A DNA stretch of 64,000 nucleotides from Bacillota bacterium. Its GTDB lineage: Bacteria > Bacillota > Limnochordia > DTU087. The notes under the pieces were generated by a model. The model ran no database searches, was not told the DNA's origin, and was given only the letters and a program-made list of their open reading frames with translations. Shown here piece after piece: positions 1 through 12,965 of the stretch. The stretch is from the NCBI GenBank assembly GCA_012798695.1, contig JAAZMR010000079.1, positions 9,733-73,732 on the forward strand, in the 5' to 3' direction. How positions within the stretch are numbered: the first letter of the stretch is position 1; each line of letters begins with the position of its first letter. The translations under genes were made by a program, and so were the position numbers.

Positions 1-75
1 AGGAGTCTCTTCCTAATACGTGAAGGGACTCCTAACACATAGGATACTAGAAAGACATACTAAGGGGGTCAGATT

Positions 76-198
76 ATGGGGCGAAAATGCAGACGCAGGG
101 AGCAGTATGGAGATTTCCTGCATATTTTCGAAGAACCAATAGTCCTGTGTCTACTGCTGCTGCTATTAGAGATTGTTCTGATCATTTTTCTGACCTGA
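76..198 (+). CDS. unannotated 40-aa mini-protein (MGRKCRRREQYGDFLHIFEEPIVLCLLLLLLEIVLIIFLT), basic N-terminus plus single C-terminal TM helix
   Basis: ATG at 76 preceded by AAGGGGG (62-68) with 7-nt spacing. Clean stop at 196-198. Below the 60-aa ORF-track cutoff. Hydrophobic C-terminal segment of about 20 residues. Confidence 0.35.
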   Translation: MGRKCRRREQYGDFLHIFEEPIVLCLLLLLLEIVLIIFLT

Positions 199-259
199 TC
201 GATTATCGGCTGAAATACGGGCCTGATAATGCTAAGGGGCGCTAAAGGAGGCGAGATGC

Positions 260-520
260 ATGTCCCATGATCAGGAATCACGGGATCTGGTTGCAGAGAA
301 TCTGCTCAAGAACATGGGCAGTATCCTTAGCGGGGTAGCCGACTTTATGGAGACTGCCGAACGCATCATTACGTCATTACATCTGCTCGCTAAGGCTGTC
401 GAGTCCATGGAAGAGGATGGGTCTCTTGTGCGATTGGCTGAGCTTCTGCAAGAAGCCGGCCAAAGTCGCGGCCAAATGGCAGAAGAATCGTCTCCAGTCC
501 CCATTTCCCCTGAGGACTAA
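260..520 (+). CDS. hypothetical 86-aa acidic helical protein
   Basis: ORF-track entry. AAGGAGG at 244-250, 9 nt before ATG 260. No recognisable family. Confidence 0.45.
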   Translation: MSHDQESRDLVAENLLKNMGSILSGVADFMETAERIITSLHLLAKAVESMEEDGSLVRLAELLQEAGQSRGQMAEESSPVPISPED

Positions 521-651
521 ATGGGATAGGAATCCGGTTTCCGCATTTGCAGCTGACCCGTATAGTGAAGCAGGTTACTACTGCTGTCAGCTATGCACCA
601 TGACCTAGTAAACGCTGATGGAGAAACATGGAACCTAAAGGGGGGCTGAAA

Positions 652-747
652 ATGTCCAGGGGTGGAGACTTAGATGAGTTGTTGGTGATTCTGCTATTGA
701 TCGCTTTGATCGTAGTTGTAGTCTTCGCGATCAGTGAGATAATTTGA
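652..747 (+). CDS. unannotated 31-aa mini-protein (MSRGGDLDELLVILLLIALIVVVVFAISEII), acidic N-terminus plus TM helix. In-frame alternative start at 628.
   Basis: ATG 652 after AAAGGGGGG. Stop TGA 745-747. Below the ORF-track cutoff. About 20 consecutive hydrophobic residues. Confidence 0.35.
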   Translation: MSRGGDLDELLVILLLIALIVVVVFAISEII

Positions 748-841
748 GCCGGCCCAAGGAACTAGCCTTTCAGATGCAACCACACTCATGTTGGGCCGAT
801 GCAGTTCATTGGTACAACGTGGTGCATCGACCCTTTAGCTA

Positions 842-877
842 GCCTCTGTCGCAAGACAGGGGCTTGTTTGCATTTTA
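842..877 (+). terminator. rho-independent terminator (stem CCTCTGTC / GACAGGGG, then TTGTTTGCATTTTATT)
   Basis: Hairpin followed by a T-rich tract downstream of the small-ORF cluster. Confidence 0.5.
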
Positions 878-1029
878 TTAACCCTATGTTAGCATGATAA
901 CAACATGGAATAGCAGGAATTGCACACCAGCGAATCTAAGTCTCCTGATGGGACATTATCAGGGTTAGCGGGACCGGGTTGGCCTACTGGGTCTCCTTGC
1001 CCGAATCATGGTGAGTAAAGAGTGGTTCT

Positions 1030-1824
1030 ATGCGTTTTGGGCGAATTCTTTTGAGGGGCAAAGCCGTATACTGCCTGATTGAGGGTGACCGGGTGCGGCC
1101 GCTTGCAGGGGATGTGTTCGGGAGCTGGCAGGCTCTGGAAGAGACTGTAGAGCTGAAGAGCGCACGCTTCCTCAGTCCTGTGTTACCGAGCAAAATCATA
1201 GCTGTGGGTCTGAACTATCGGGATCACGCTGCGGAAATGGGTGAAAGGCTGCCGCAGGAACCCCTGATGTTCTTGAAACCTTCCACCGCGGTGATCGGAC
1301 CAGGGGAGATGATTATCATACCTGCCGGAGCCGGGCGAGTCGATTATGAGGCCGAGCTGGCGATTGTGATCGGACGGCAGGGTAGACGGATCCCAGCAGC
1401 AGAGGCTCGGCGGTATATTATGGGCTATACTTGCCTAAATGATGTTACGGCTCGAGAGCTCCAAGCCCAAGATGGCCAGTGGACTAGGGCCAAATCTTTC
1501 GATACTTTCTGTCCCTTGGGGCCCTGGATCGCTACAGGTGTAGATCCAACCAGTTTGAAGATCCAGTTGCGCCTGAATGGTTTCACTCGACAGGAATCCA
1601 ATACCAATCAGCTGATTTTTGATACTGATCAGCTGGTCAGTCATATTTCGAGTGTCATGACTTTACTGCCCGGAGATGTGATTGCCACCGGGACACCGAG
1701 TGGTGTTGGACCCCTGGAAGCTGGTGATGTAGTGCAGGTTGTGATCGACGGTTTGGGAGTATTGGAGAATCAGGTGTGTTCGGAGGGGCACGGGCCGGGA
1801 AGCGATGCCTGTGGTAATGACTGA
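1030..1824 (+). CDS. fumarylacetoacetate hydrolase (FAH) family protein (2-keto-4-pentenoate hydratase-like)
   Basis: Full-length similarity to the FAH fold; motifs GLNYRDHAAE and DYEAELAIVIG. Confidence 0.85.
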   Translation: MRFGRILLRGKAVYCLIEGDRVRPLAGDVFGSWQALEETVELKSARFLSPVLPSKIIAVGLNYRDHAAEMGERLPQEPLMFLKPSTAVIGPGEMIIIPAGAGRVDYEAELAIVIGRQGRRIPAAEARRYIMGYTCLNDVTARELQAQDGQWTRAKSFDTFCPLGPWIATGVDPTSLKIQLRLNGFTRQESNTNQLIFDTDQLVSHISSVMTLLPGDVIATGTPSGVGPLEAGDVVQVVIDGLGVLENQVCSEGHGPGSDACGND

Positions 1825-1894
1825 CTGTGGACAGATCAGTAAGGATGCTAGTGCTCTGTGGGTTTGCTTGACCACGAACGAAGTGGCAGGTAAG

Positions 1895-1923
1895 TTGACG
1901 ATTACCTACCGCTGTGGTATAGT
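1895..1923 (+). promoter_or_regulatory. sigma-A type promoter TTGACG-17-TATAGT upstream of the atp operon
   Basis: Near-consensus -35 and -10 hexamers with a 17-nt spacer, about 185 nt upstream of atpZ. Confidence 0.5.
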
Positions 1924-2107
1924 ATCCCTAGATTTTTCCTCTGTCGGCGAAGCCAGAGAAAATCCAGCTAGAAGGCATTTCCCTTGGCATGATATCATCC
2001 CCTAGCGGTATAATTAGTAGGGGTTGTATTTATTGTTGGCCATGAGTGTTCTGAACGATTAGCCAAAGTGACGGACCTAGCAATATGGCAAACGAGAGGG
2101 ATCTGAA

Positions 2108-2362
2108 GTGGCAAACCAGAAGCCGCGAGACCCACAATGGCCGGCGGTGGCTAGGAACTTGTCATTACTGGGCCAGTTGGGGCTGCAAATTGCTGTCCCT
2201 ATCCTAACTGGGGTGCTCGGTGGGGGTTATCTGACCCGCCTTACCGGTAGTCTGATTTGGCAGCTGTTGGGTGTGCTTGTGGGCGTCTCCGCTGGTCTAT
2301 GGGGTGCCTTTCGTTTGCTCTGGAAGATCCTGCAGGAAACTAACAATAAGCCCCCAGACTGA
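2108..2362 (+). CDS. AtpZ-like small membrane protein (ATP synthase protein I family), GTG start
   Basis: 84 aa with two predicted TM helices, first gene of the atp operon. Confidence 0.6.
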   Translation: MANQKPRDPQWPAVARNLSLLGQLGLQIAVPILTGVLGGGYLTRLTGSLIWQLLGVLVGVSAGLWGAFRLLWKILQETNNKPPD

Positions 2363-2427
2363 TCGCTATGAGGGAGTGGGGGACATCACCTGGTGGCATA
2401 ATACTATGTTGTGCATATGGCTGATTT

Positions 2428-2814
2428 TTGCATACTTACAATGGGACGGGAGGCAGCGTGGACAAGGCGAAACCTAGGGTGGTAGACTGGAATCCGTGGA
2501 TAGCAACAGTTGTAATTATGGCTTTGTTTCTGGCTTTTCGAGACCAGCCGCTATGGGCTGGGTTTTGGCTGGGGTTACTTGTGGGCATGATCAACTGGTA
2601 TGGATTGGCCACGGCTGCACACAGAGCGGTATGGCTAACCAGAGAACAGGCTCAGCGATACATGGTTCGTAATTACATGGTTCGCTACGGGTTACGGTTC
2701 GTTGTTTTGGCCATTGCCCTTATTTCTTATGAGCTGAATCCTGTGACCCTTTTGCTGGGGCTAACGTTACCGACGATTGTTGTTGTATTGAAGCATCTGG
2801 TGAAGATGAGGTGA
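2428..2814 (+). CDS. atpI: ATP synthase subunit I (AtpI)
   Basis: 128-aa polytopic membrane protein directly upstream of atpB. Confidence 0.6.
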   Translation: MHTYNGTGGSVDKAKPRVVDWNPWIATVVIMALFLAFRDQPLWAGFWLGLLVGMINWYGLATAAHRAVWLTREQAQRYMVRNYMVRYGLRFVVLAIALISYELNPVTLLLGLTLPTIVVVLKHLVKMR

Positions 2815-2823
2815 GGTGGGCTT

Positions 2824-3772
<949 letters not shown>

Positions 3773-3830
3773 TAAATTAGTCAAGGATAAAAAGCAGCAG
3801 GGCAGCCGCAGGAATGAGGGGTGAGATTGG

Positions 3831-4322
3831 GTGATAGATTTTGGTTGGACCTATTTCTTCCAGATCATTAACATAATAGTCCTCTACCTATTATTGCGGC
3901 GCTATCTATTTAAGCCGGTAACTGGCTTTATCAATAAGCGTCGGGAATATACAGAGGGCTTGATTAATGAGGCTAATCACTCTTTTACTAGAGCACAAAA
4001 GCTGCAGGAAGAATCAGAGGCTGGACTAAATGAAGCTCGGCGCGAAGCCCAGGCTTTGGTCGAACAGGCTGTCGAACACGGTAAGGCTATGGCTGCAGAG
4101 ATTGCGGAACGGGCCAAAGCCGAAGAGGCGGCGAGGATGGAGCGGGCACAGAAAGAAATTGAGGAAGCAAAGGTCCGTGCTATCCAGGAAGTGCGGCAGG
4201 AAGTGGCGAGCTTGTCAGTCAAGATCGCTGAGACAATCTTAGAGCAGAATCTCAGTCGGGAAGCACATATGCATTTGATTGAGGATGCTCTGGACCGAAT
4301 GGATGATGCTCATGTCAACTAG
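3831..4322 (+). CDS. atpF: F0 ATP synthase subunit b
   Basis: N-terminal TM then long charged coiled-coil (AEEAARMERAQKEIEEAK). Confidence 0.85.
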   Translation: MIDFGWTYFFQIINIIVLYLLLRRYLFKPVTGFINKRREYTEGLINEANHSFTRAQKLQEESEAGLNEARREAQALVEQAVEHGKAMAAEIAERAKAEEAARMERAQKEIEEAKVRAIQEVRQEVASLSVKIAETILEQNLSREAHMHLIEDALDRMDDAHVN

Positions 4323-4857
4323 TATAGTGGCACAGCGATATGCCAATGCATTCTTTACCTGTGTCAAGGGGCAAGGGCGATTAGAAGAAGTATATGATGC
4401 TTTAGAGCAGCTGGGGGCGGAGTTATCCCGTGAGCCCGTGTTAGTTGAGTTCTTTAAGCATCCTGGCATTTCTCGCACGGACAAGAAAGCCTTTATTGGT
4501 CAGCAATTAGCAGAGTACGGCACTTGGGTTCAACGCCTTTTACAATATCTGGTAGACCAGGGGCGGGCAGAATCGCTCTCGGAGATTATTACATGGTTTA
4601 GCAAGAGATATCGGGAAGAATTGGGCATTGCCGAAGTTGAGTTGATCACTGCCATTGCTCTCGACGAGCCGGCCCTGAGAAGATTACTTGATGTCATAGA
4701 GAACAAGCTGGCAAAGCGCGTTGTGGCCAAGACTGTCGTCGATCCGGAGATCATAGGTGGATTGGTGATCCGCCATGAAGGCATGGTGTATGACGGCAGT
4801 GTGCGCACCATGCTCCAGCAGGTCAATAGATGTTTGGGCGGAGGCATCGGAGTATGA
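4312..4857 (+). CDS. atpH: F1 ATP synthase subunit delta (OSCP)
   Basis: Start at internal ATG ([15 protein letters not shown]) overlapping the atpF end. Delta-subunit length and position. Confidence 0.8.
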   Translation: MSTSIVAQRYANAFFTCVKGQGRLEEVYDALEQLGAELSREPVLVEFFKHPGISRTDKKAFIGQQLAEYGTWVQRLLQYLVDQGRAESLSEIITWFSKRYREELGIAEVELITAIALDEPALRRLLDVIENKLAKRVVAKTVVDPEIIGGLVIRHEGMVYDGSVRTMLQQVNRCLGGGIGV

Positions 4858-6368
4858 AACTACGAACGAAGGAAGTTGAGAAGATTCTGGCCATGGAGCT
4901 GGAAGCCTTTGAAAAAGAGCTGGAGGTAGCCGAGACCGGTATCGTTGTGCAGGTAGGGGACGGTATCGCTCAGGTCTATGGCCTCCATAATGCCATGTTT
5001 AATGAACTGATTGAGTTTGGAGAAGGTGTGACAGGACTAGCTCTCAACCTTGAGGAGGACAGTGTTGGCTGTGTTCTTTTTGGTGGAGACCAAGAGATTA
5101 GAGAAGGAGATATCGCCAAGCGCACCGGACGGGTAGCGGATGTGCCTGTGGGAGAAGCACTCTTAGGTCGAGTGGTAGATCCTTTGGGCGAGCCCTTAGA
5201 TGGTAGGGGCCCTGTTCATACGGAGAAACGTCGCCCCTTGGAAGTAATCGCCACCGGTGTTGTTCAGAGGCAGCCAGTCATAGAACCTTTGCAGACAGGC
5301 CTGAAGGCCATTGATTCCATGATCCCCATCGGCCGAGGTCAAAGAGAACTGATTATTGGGGACCGGCAAACAGGCAAGACTGCGATTGCCGTTGACACGA
5401 TTCTGAATCAGAAAGATACCGATGTACACTGTATTTATGTAGCGATTGGCCAGAAAAAGTCAACCGTAGCTCAGATCGTGCGCACGTTAGAAGAGCATGG
5501 GGCGATGAGCTATACGACAGTTGTAGCGGCTACTGCCAGTGACCCGGCTCCGTTACAGTATGTGGCGCCATATGCGGGAGCTGCCATGGGTGAAGAGTTC
5601 ATGTTCAATGGAAAGCATGCGTTAGTTATCTATGATGATCTCTCCAAGCATGCAGTTGCCTACCGCACGATGGCTTTGCTTTTACGACGGCCTCCCGGCC
5701 GAGAAGCATATCCCGGAGACGTATTTTATCTACATTCGCGTCTTTTGGAACGAGCTTCGAAGCTCAGTGATGAGCTAGGTGGCGGTTCACTAACAGCGCT
5801 GCCGATTGTTGAAACCCAAGCTGGAGATCTTTCGGCTTATATCCCGACTAACGTGATCAGTATTACCGATGGACAGATTTACCTCGAAAGTGATCTGTTT
5901 TTCGCCGGACAAAGGCCGGCGATTAACGCGGGTCTATCAGTATCTCGAGTAGGTGGAGCTGCACAGACAAAGGCCATGAAGAAAGTGGCAGGCAGATTGC
6001 GGCTTGATCTAGCCCAGTTCCGGGAATTAGAGGCTTTTGCTCAGTTTGGTTCAGAGCTGGACAAGAGCACTCAGGAACGCTTGCAGCGGGGCGAACGCTT
6101 ACTAGAAGTGCTCAAACAGCCTCAGTATAAGCCAATGCCTGTGGAAGAACAGGTGATTCAGCTTTATGCGGGTATCAATGGGTTTGTAGATAATGTGGAG
6201 ATCGACCAGGTCAATGACTTTATTGATGGGCTAGTTAGCTATATACGCTCAAACCACCCGGATGTTCTGGATACCATTAAGACAACAGCAGACCTCTCTG
6301 ATGAGGTAGAGAGCAAGCTTCGCACAGCAATAGAGACCTATCGCAGCTCTATCTGGGGAGGCAAGTAA
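4854..6368 (+). CDS. atpA: F1 ATP synthase subunit alpha
   Basis: Walker A GDRQTGKT and the alpha signature region. Confidence 0.95.
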   Translation: MKLRTKEVEKILAMELEAFEKELEVAETGIVVQVGDGIAQVYGLHNAMFNELIEFGEGVTGLALNLEEDSVGCVLFGGDQEIREGDIAKRTGRVADVPVGEALLGRVVDPLGEPLDGRGPVHTEKRRPLEVIATGVVQRQPVIEPLQTGLKAIDSMIPIGRGQRELIIGDRQTGKTAIAVDTILNQKDTDVHCIYVAIGQKKSTVAQIVRTLEEHGAMSYTTVVAATASDPAPLQYVAPYAGAAMGEEFMFNGKHALVIYDDLSKHAVAYRTMALLLRRPPGREAYPGDVFYLHSRLLERASKLSDELGGGSLTALPIVETQAGDLSAYIPTNVISITDGQIYLESDLFFAGQRPAINAGLSVSRVGGAAQTKAMKKVAGRLRLDLAQFRELEAFAQFGSELDKSTQERLQRGERLLEVLKQPQYKPMPVEEQVIQLYAGINGFVDNVEIDQVNDFIDGLVSYIRSNHPDVLDTIKTTADLSDEVESKLRTAIETYRSSIWGGK

Positions 6369-6370
6369 TA

Positions 6371-8605
<2,235 letters not shown>

Positions 8606-8606
<1 letters not shown>

Positions 8607-8896
8607 TGGCTGGCTTGCGGTTGCGGATTGTGACACCCCACAATGAGTTGCTGGACGGTTCCGTGGAAATGGTAGTACTGCCGGGCAGTGAAGGGCAGCT
8701 GGCTGTATATCCAGGCCATATTCCCTTGGTTACCACTCTGCAGGATGGGGAGATTCAAGCCGGCAAGGGGGAAGATGAGCGGCGGTTTCGAGTGGCCGGT
8801 GGCTGGGTGAAGGTATCAAGCCAGCAAGTGATCGTCTTAGCCCGGGAAGCAGAGGCTGTTTCTGCAAGTAAAGATAGTGCAGCACTGCGATTATGA
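8606..8896 (+). CDS. atpC: F1 ATP synthase subunit epsilon
   Basis: Epsilon-like N-terminal beta-sandwich sequence, last gene of the operon. Confidence 0.85.
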
Positions 8897-8949
8897 GCGG
8901 TGATGAGTATGAGGGATGAAATGTCCTACCGTGAAGGTTGTGACTTGAA

Positions 8950-9375
8950 GTGAAAGAGGCTAGTGCCCGGAGGATTCTAAGAAGAGCGGGACTCAGATGC
9001 ACTACCGGCCGTCTGCGGATTTTGGAGATACTGCAAAAGGCCAAAGGGCCCATGACCCACCAGGAGATTCTGGCAGCAGCGGCACCAGTTGAGCTGAATC
9101 GGGTCAGTGTTTACCGGGCCCTTGACGCTTTTCAAGCGGCTGGCATTATCCACCGAGTGGATATGGGCGATCGGGTATGGCGATTCGCCCTTTGCCTCCG
9201 CTTGGGAGAGGACCACTGTCATCCTCATTTTGCCTGCCGAGCATGTGGACGAGTAGAGTGCCTCGATTCCATCCAATTGCCCAGAGTAAAGGAAACCCAA
9301 AACGGGTATAAGATAGAACAGCAGGAAGTATACTGGAAGGGCCTATGCTCAAAATGTGCTGATCGGCCTAGCTGA
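8950..9375 (+). CDS. zur: Fur-family metalloregulator, probably Zur
   Basis: Fur-family winged-helix plus HCHPHFxCxxCG...C zinc motifs. Immediately upstream of znuACB. Confidence 0.75.
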   Translation: MKEASARRILRRAGLRCTTGRLRILEILQKAKGPMTHQEILAAAAPVELNRVSVYRALDAFQAAGIIHRVDMGDRVWRFALCLRLGEDHCHPHFACRACGRVECLDSIQLPRVKETQNGYKIEQQEVYWKGLCSKCADRPS

Positions 9376-9449
9376 GCTCTCTTTTTTTTGAAGATAAAGC
9401 AACAGAGTTGCATGTGAGTTACCTTACTTGAGATGGGAAGAAGGCCTCT

Positions 9450-10343
9450 ATGAGAAAACTACGTGCATTGTGCCAGGGAATGATCATTTTCAGTCTTATG
9501 CTGGCTGGCAGCTTAGGTGTAGGGGCGGCTGGCAAGCCGCTATCAGTTTTTGTGAGTATTCTGCCCCAGAAGTACTTTGTCGAACGCATAGCGAGGAGTA
9601 ATGTCAAGGTATCTGTCATGGTACGCCCCGGGGCAGATCCAGTAACTTATGAGCCATCGCCCCGACAGATGGCCGAACTAGCTCACGCAAAAGCATATTT
9701 CCGGATTGGCGTGCCCTTTGAAGAGGCTTGGCTAGATAGAATGCAGAAAAACCACCCCCGCCTCTTGGTAGTGGACACTCGCAAAGGCATTCCCTTGAAG
9801 GCTCTTTCAGGCCACCATCATCATTCCGGATTAGATCAACCCGTGCTACCAGAAATGGTGATGGATCCTCACATCTGGCTCAGTCCTCGCTTGGCCAAGA
9901 GGCAGGCGGAGACTATATGTAAAACCCTCATAGCTCTGGATCCAGCCCATCAAGGGGATTATCAGCGCGATTGTGCGCAGTTTCTCCAAGAACTTGATGC
10001 TGTGGATCAGGAGATTCGCTGGATTTTGAAGGATGCCCAGGGCGGTAAATTCATGGTATTTCACCCAGCTTGGGGGTATTTTGCTGATGAGTACGGGCTA
10101 GAGCAGATCCCGATCGAAGTGGAGGGGAAAGAACCAAGCGCCAAGGAATTGGCTCGGACTATTGACCTAGCTCGTCAACAAGGCATCAGACTGATCTATG
10201 TCCAGAGCCAATTTAGTACCAAACCGGCTGAAACCATAGCCAAAGCCATCGGAGGTCAGATTGTCCAGTTGGATCCATTAGCAGAGGATTATCTGACTAA
10301 CCTGTTGGCTATGGCCAAAGCCATTGCGGCAGGAGCGCGGTGA
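9450..10343 (+). CDS. znuA: zinc ABC transporter substrate-binding protein (ZnuA/TroA family) with His-rich loop
   Basis: Signal peptide, SGHHHHSGLD loop, DPHIWLSP motif. Confidence 0.8.
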   Translation: MRKLRALCQGMIIFSLMLAGSLGVGAAGKPLSVFVSILPQKYFVERIARSNVKVSVMVRPGADPVTYEPSPRQMAELAHAKAYFRIGVPFEEAWLDRMQKNHPRLLVVDTRKGIPLKALSGHHHHSGLDQPVLPEMVMDPHIWLSPRLAKRQAETICKTLIALDPAHQGDYQRDCAQFLQELDAVDQEIRWILKDAQGGKFMVFHPAWGYFADEYGLEQIPIEVEGKEPSAKELARTIDLARQQGIRLIYVQSQFSTKPAETIAKAIGGQIVQLDPLAEDYLTNLLAMAKAIAAGAR

Positions 10344-10349
10344 TAGACT

Positions 10350-11048
10350 GTGAGTAATGCCATTCAGATGACGGGAGTGTCATTTAGCTACGGAAATACT
10401 CCCACTTTAGATGCAGTAGACTTGAGAGTCGAAACGGGTGAGTTCCTTGGCCTGGTTGGTCCAAATGGGGGAGGCAAGACGACCCTGCTGAAATTGATGC
10501 TGGGATTGCTGGTCCCTGGACAGGGTAAGATTAAAGTATACGGTCAACCGCCCGAGCGGGCCCGTAAGGTCATTGGCTATGTACCACAGTTCGCTGATGT
10601 TGATCGTAGTTTCCCGATCTCAGTAATGGATGTAGTCTTGATGGGGCGTCTTGGTCTGACTGGGTTTCTGGGAATGTACACTGAGGGTGACCGGCGAATA
10701 GCACGGCTGGCGATGCAGCGGGTGGGAGTATGGGGCCTGAGACATCGACGACTGGGCAGCCTTTCTGAAGGCCAAAGACAGCGGGTGCTCATAGCCAGGG
10801 CATTGGCTGTTGAACCGAGATTAATGGTGTTGGATGAGCCCACGGCTAGTATAGATCCGACAGCAGAACAAGCGATTTCCCAGCTGCTTAGAGAACTGTA
10901 CAGATCGACGACCATTGTCATGGTTTCCCATGATCTGGAGCTGCTCAACAGCCATGCAGACCGCTTGCTCTATGTAAATCGACAGTTGCTGCCTTTCGAG
11001 GATGGCCAAATGCTGTTTACTGGCAAGTTGCGGCCTCCTCGGGATTGA
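10350..11048 (+). CDS. znuC: zinc ABC transporter ATP-binding protein
   Basis: Walker A GPNGGGKTT, LSEGQRQR signature, Walker B LVLDEPT. Confidence 0.85.
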   Translation: MSNAIQMTGVSFSYGNTPTLDAVDLRVETGEFLGLVGPNGGGKTTLLKLMLGLLVPGQGKIKVYGQPPERARKVIGYVPQFADVDRSFPISVMDVVLMGRLGLTGFLGMYTEGDRRIARLAMQRVGVWGLRHRRLGSLSEGQRQRVLIARALAVEPRLMVLDEPTASIDPTAEQAISQLLRELYRSTTIVMVSHDLELLNSHADRLLYVNRQLLPFEDGQMLFTGKLRPPRD

Positions 11049-11083
11049 GGATTGAGAGGGCCCAAATCGTGAGGTGAAGCCAC

Positions 11084-11923
11084 ATGCAGGGTTTTCTTGA
11101 GGCCCTGATGAACTATAGTTTTCTGCAGCATGCTTTGCTGGCCGGCATCCTAGCGAGTATAGCTGCAGGTTTAGCCGGTACATTTGTCGTGGTGAAACGC
11201 ATCTCGCTTATTAGTGGCGGGATCGCCCACAGCATCTTAGGTGGTATGGGTATTGCCTACTATCTTGGACTTAGTCCCACAAAAGGAGCGGTTGTCTCGG
11301 CCCTGGTTGCCGCTGTGATTATTGGACTGGTGAGCCTAAGGGCAAGACAGCATGAAGATACGGTCATCGGGGCGCTCTGGGCTATAGGGATGGCTGTAGG
11401 GGTGCTCTTTATCTCCCGAACTCCTGGCTATAATGTTGATCTAATGACATTTCTGTTTGGGAATATCTTGATGGTATCAGCCGAAGATCTAGTTCTTATC
11501 GGTGTCCTGGATGGTGTAATCATACTGGTTATAGGGCTTTTCTATAAGCAATTCCAGGCAGTTGCCTTTGATGAACAGCATGCCCGGCTGAGGGGCATGC
11601 CTGTGGAGTTTTTGTATCTTTTGCTCCTGATCCTGGTCGCCCTGACTGTAGTCATTCTTATTAAGGTTGTAGGGCTTATCTTGGTGATCGCTCTGCTGAC
11701 ACTGCCCCCGGCCATAGCCAATCACTATGCCCATAATCTTGCCCAAATGATGGCTTTTGCAGTAGCTTTGAGTATGTTCTTTAATGCCACAGGGTTGGTT
11801 GTGTCATATCAGCTAGATCTCCCTGCCGGTGCTACGATTGTCATGATCGCGGGGCTCTTCTACCTCCTTTCTATCAGCCTCCGAGGCCTTAGCTCATCCC
11901 TCTTTCGCCAGGAGTCTCAATAA
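11084..11923 (+). CDS. znuB: zinc/manganese ABC transporter permease
   Basis: ABC-3 family polytopic permease. Confidence 0.85.
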   Translation: MQGFLEALMNYSFLQHALLAGILASIAAGLAGTFVVVKRISLISGGIAHSILGGMGIAYYLGLSPTKGAVVSALVAAVIIGLVSLRARQHEDTVIGALWAIGMAVGVLFISRTPGYNVDLMTFLFGNILMVSAEDLVLIGVLDGVIILVIGLFYKQFQAVAFDEQHARLRGMPVEFLYLLLLILVALTVVILIKVVGLILVIALLTLPPAIANHYAHNLAQMMAFAVALSMFFNATGLVVSYQLDLPAGATIVMIAGLFYLLSISLRGLSSSLFRQESQ

Positions 11924-11953
11924 GGCGGCTGTATCTTGCCCGGGCAACAAGGT

Positions 11954-11977
11954 TCTTTTCGTTTCTTGACGAAAAGA
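11954..11977 (+). terminator. weak hairpin (TCTTTTCG / CGAAAAGA) after znuB
   Basis: 8-bp stem, AT-rich, no clear T-run. Confidence 0.3.
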
Positions 11978-12038
11978 TGATTGAGGCAAGAACTTGAGCA
12001 AATGCTGCACAAATAGACCTCAATGGGGGGTAATAGCA

Positions 12039-12959
12039 ATGACGCAGTGTGGCAAGGAGCAGGCTGAGGAGCGGAAGCATCTATATGAGCTTCTGGGAGA
12101 TTTGCCCCCCCGGGACCGGGAAGTTAGCGGGCGCCTGCTAAAAGAAGAGGACCGGGGGACATATGTGCTGGAGAAACTGTTGCTCGACTTAAATGGTATG
12201 GAAATAGTGCCAGCCTACTTTACTCGTCCCGTGAAGGCCACTGGGCGGTTTCCTGTGGTCTTATTTAACCATTCCCATGGCGGTAATTACAGGCTCGGCA
12301 AAGATGAGCTGGTTCTGGGTAGGGAGTATCTACAGGATCCGCCATATGCTGAGGTTTTGGCACAGCATGGGTGGGGAGCTCTGGCGATCGATGCCTGGAA
12401 TTTCGGTGAGCGCCGGGGCCGTGCTGAATCAGAGCTGTTTAAGGAGCTGCTTTGGCAGGGCAAGGTGCTGTGGGGTCTTATGGTATATGATAGCCTGAAG
12501 GCCATAGACTATCTGCTCACTCGCACGGATGTGGATGGCGAGCGCCTAGGGACTTTGGGGATATCCATGGGCAGCACCATGGCCTGGTGGGTAGCAGCCT
12601 TGGATCTCCGGGTCAAGGTATGTATAGACATTTGCTGTTTGACTGACTTCCAGGCCTTGATCGAGACCAGGGGATTGGATGGCCACGGGTTGTATTACTA
12701 TGTTCCGGGACTGCTGAAGCATTTTACGACAGCCTCTATCAATGCCCTCATCGCGCCTAGGCCTCACCTAGGTCTAGCAGGTAATCATGACCCCCTTACA
12801 CCTCCCCATGGGTTAGAGCGGATTGACACTGCACTTAAACAGGTTTATGACGAGATGGGAGCTGCCGATGCTTGGCAGCTGATTAGACATAATACGGGAC
12901 ATTTTGAGACTGCCGCGATGCGTCAGGCCATCCTGGACTTCCTGAGGAAATGGCTGTAG
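12039..12959 (+). CDS. alpha/beta hydrolase (acetyl-esterase / dienelactone-hydrolase-like)
   Basis: GISMGS nucleophile elbow and a downstream His. Start chosen at ATG 12039 (GGGGGG RBS), not the TTG at 11994. Confidence 0.65.
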   Translation: MTQCGKEQAEERKHLYELLGDLPPRDREVSGRLLKEEDRGTYVLEKLLLDLNGMEIVPAYFTRPVKATGRFPVVLFNHSHGGNYRLGKDELVLGREYLQDPPYAEVLAQHGWGALAIDAWNFGERRGRAESELFKELLWQGKVLWGLMVYDSLKAIDYLLTRTDVDGERLGTLGISMGSTMAWWVAALDLRVKVCIDICCLTDFQALIETRGLDGHGLYYYVPGLLKHFTTASINALIAPRPHLGLAGNHDPLTPPHGLERIDTALKQVYDEMGAADAWQLIRHNTGHFETAAMRQAILDFLRKWL

Positions 12960-12965
12960 CGGGAT

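Noticed and set aside
8897-9449. Canonical Zur box upstream of zur or znuA
   Set aside because: Searched by eye for a TCGTAAT/ATTACGA-type palindrome and found none. It is not reported as a feature.
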